64,000 nucleotides of DNA from NCBI GenBank assembly GCA_038205505.1, contig JBBRBU010000014.1, forward strand, positions 8,067-72,066. Reading direction: 5' to 3'. The notes under the pieces were generated by a model that saw only the letters and a list, made by a program, of their open reading frames with translations, was not told the DNA's origin and searched no databases. Below, in pieces: positions 63,074-64,000 of the stretch. The position numbers and the translations under genes were made by a program. The number at the start of each line of letters is the position of its first letter. Position 1 is the first letter of the stretch. This DNA comes from Lysobacterales bacterium (GTDB taxonomy: Bacteria > Pseudomonadota > Gammaproteobacteria > Xanthomonadales > Rhodanobacteraceae).

Positions 63074-64000
63074 TTACTCGTTGTCGGCAATCTCTTGCGT
63101 CGCGCACACAAACTCATCGAGTTTCGCGCGCGCTGCGCCGCTCGCAAGGGCTTCGCGCGCCTTGGCGATTCCAGCATCGATCGATGCCGCTGCGTTCGCC
63201 GCATACAGCGCTGCACCCGCGTTGAGCATGACGATATCGCGTGCGACACCCTCTCTGTTGTCGAGCGCCTCAAGCAACCTGGTCCGCGACTCTTCGGCGT
63301 TCTCGACCCGCAGTTGTCGCCCCGAAGCCATCGCGAAGCCGAGCTCCTCGGGATGGAGCTCATACTCGTGCACGACGCCATCGCGCAATTCGCCGACCAG
63401 GGTCGATGCGCCGAGCGAAATCTCGTCCATGCCGTCCTTGCCCCATACCACCAACGCACGCTGCGCCCCGAGCTGCTTGAGCACACGCACGAGAATGCCG
63501 ACCAGATCGGCATGAAACACGCCGAGCAGGATGTTCGGTGCGCCGGCCGGATTGGTCAGCGGGCCAAGAATATTGAAGATCGTGCGCACGCCCATCTCGC
63601 GGCGCACCGGCGCGACCGCCTTCATGGCCGGATGGTGAATCGGCGCAAACATGAAGCCGATGCCGACCTGCTTGATGCAGGCGGCGACCTGTGCCGGTTG
63701 CAGGTCGATCCGCGCGCCGAGGGCTTCGAGCACATCGGCACTGCCGGATTTCGACGACACGCTGCGATTGCCATGCTTGGCAACGCGCGCACCGGCGGCG
63801 GCAACGACAAACATCGAGGCGGTCGAAATATTGAAGCTGTTGCCACCATCACCACCGGTGCCGACGATATCGACGAACGTGCCACGATCGGAGACAACAA
63901 CCGGAGCAGCCAGCTCGCGCATGACTTCAGCCGCAGCGGTGATCTCGCCGATGCTTTCCTTCTTCACGCGCAGGCCGGTCAGGATCGCCGCGATCATCGC
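63074..64000 (-). CDS. trpD: Anthranilate phosphoribosyltransferase (5' end lies beyond the window)
   Basis: [43 protein letters not shown] and DGMDE. Confidence 0.96.
   Translation of the reverse strand, partial: AMIAAILTGLRVKKESIGEITAAAEVMRELAAPVVVSDRGTFVDIVGTGGDGGNSFNISTASMFVVAAAGARVAKHGNRSVSSKSGSADVLEALGARIDLQPAQVAACIKQVGIGFMFAPIHHPAMKAVAPVRREMGVRTIFNILGPLTNPAGAPNILLGVFHADLVGILVRVLKQLGAQRALVVWGKDGMDEISLGASTLVGELRDGVVHEYELHPEELGFAMASGRQLRVENAEESRTRLLEALDNREGVARDIVMLNAGAALYAANAAASIDAGIAKAREALASGAARAKLDEFVCATQEIADNE

Overview
A GC-rich gammaproteobacterial chromosome segment. Gene content and order (rplM-rpsI, coq7, speD, crp/clp, trpDC, GGGAATC heptamer arrays) suggest Xanthomonadales, possibly Rhodanobacteraceae/Dokdonella-like; this is an inference. 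From left to right: a membrane-anchored ankyrin protein; a ~17 kb accessory block (PAP2 enzyme, two-component system, GT9 and PepSY, czcI-like/czcCBA efflux, DUF305, NTF2-like protein, cytochrome c, copLAB); ubiE; a MITE-like element; a LuxR solo; two peptidases; an orphan ParA; three large secreted proteins sharing a C-terminal IFxD/NGFE motif, followed by a Ser/Thr kinase and an ECF sigma factor; an ABC pair; DUF1428; a repeat hot spot; and a housekeeping block (rpiA, EVE, ygfA, 6S RNA, zapAB, GGDEF-EAL sensor, ygfB, pepP, NlpC/P60, cyd operon, tRNA-Gln, rpsI, rplM, GlcF-like, coq7, speD, crp, HAD, trpC, partial trpD). Best leads: (1) two leader ORFs ending RPPIA whose last codons base-pair with the translation-initiation regions of czcC and copA, suggesting metal-sensing ribosome-stalling switches; (2) a lux-box-like palindrome and a structured, terminated candidate sRNA just downstream of the LuxR solo; (3) a kinase/ECF module next to secreted proteins that share an ECF-like promoter motif and a C-terminal tag; (4) a modular non-autonomous repeat family at three loci. 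No integrase, transposase, CRISPR array or rRNA was seen. All calls come from reading the sequence by eye; no searches or folding programs were run.
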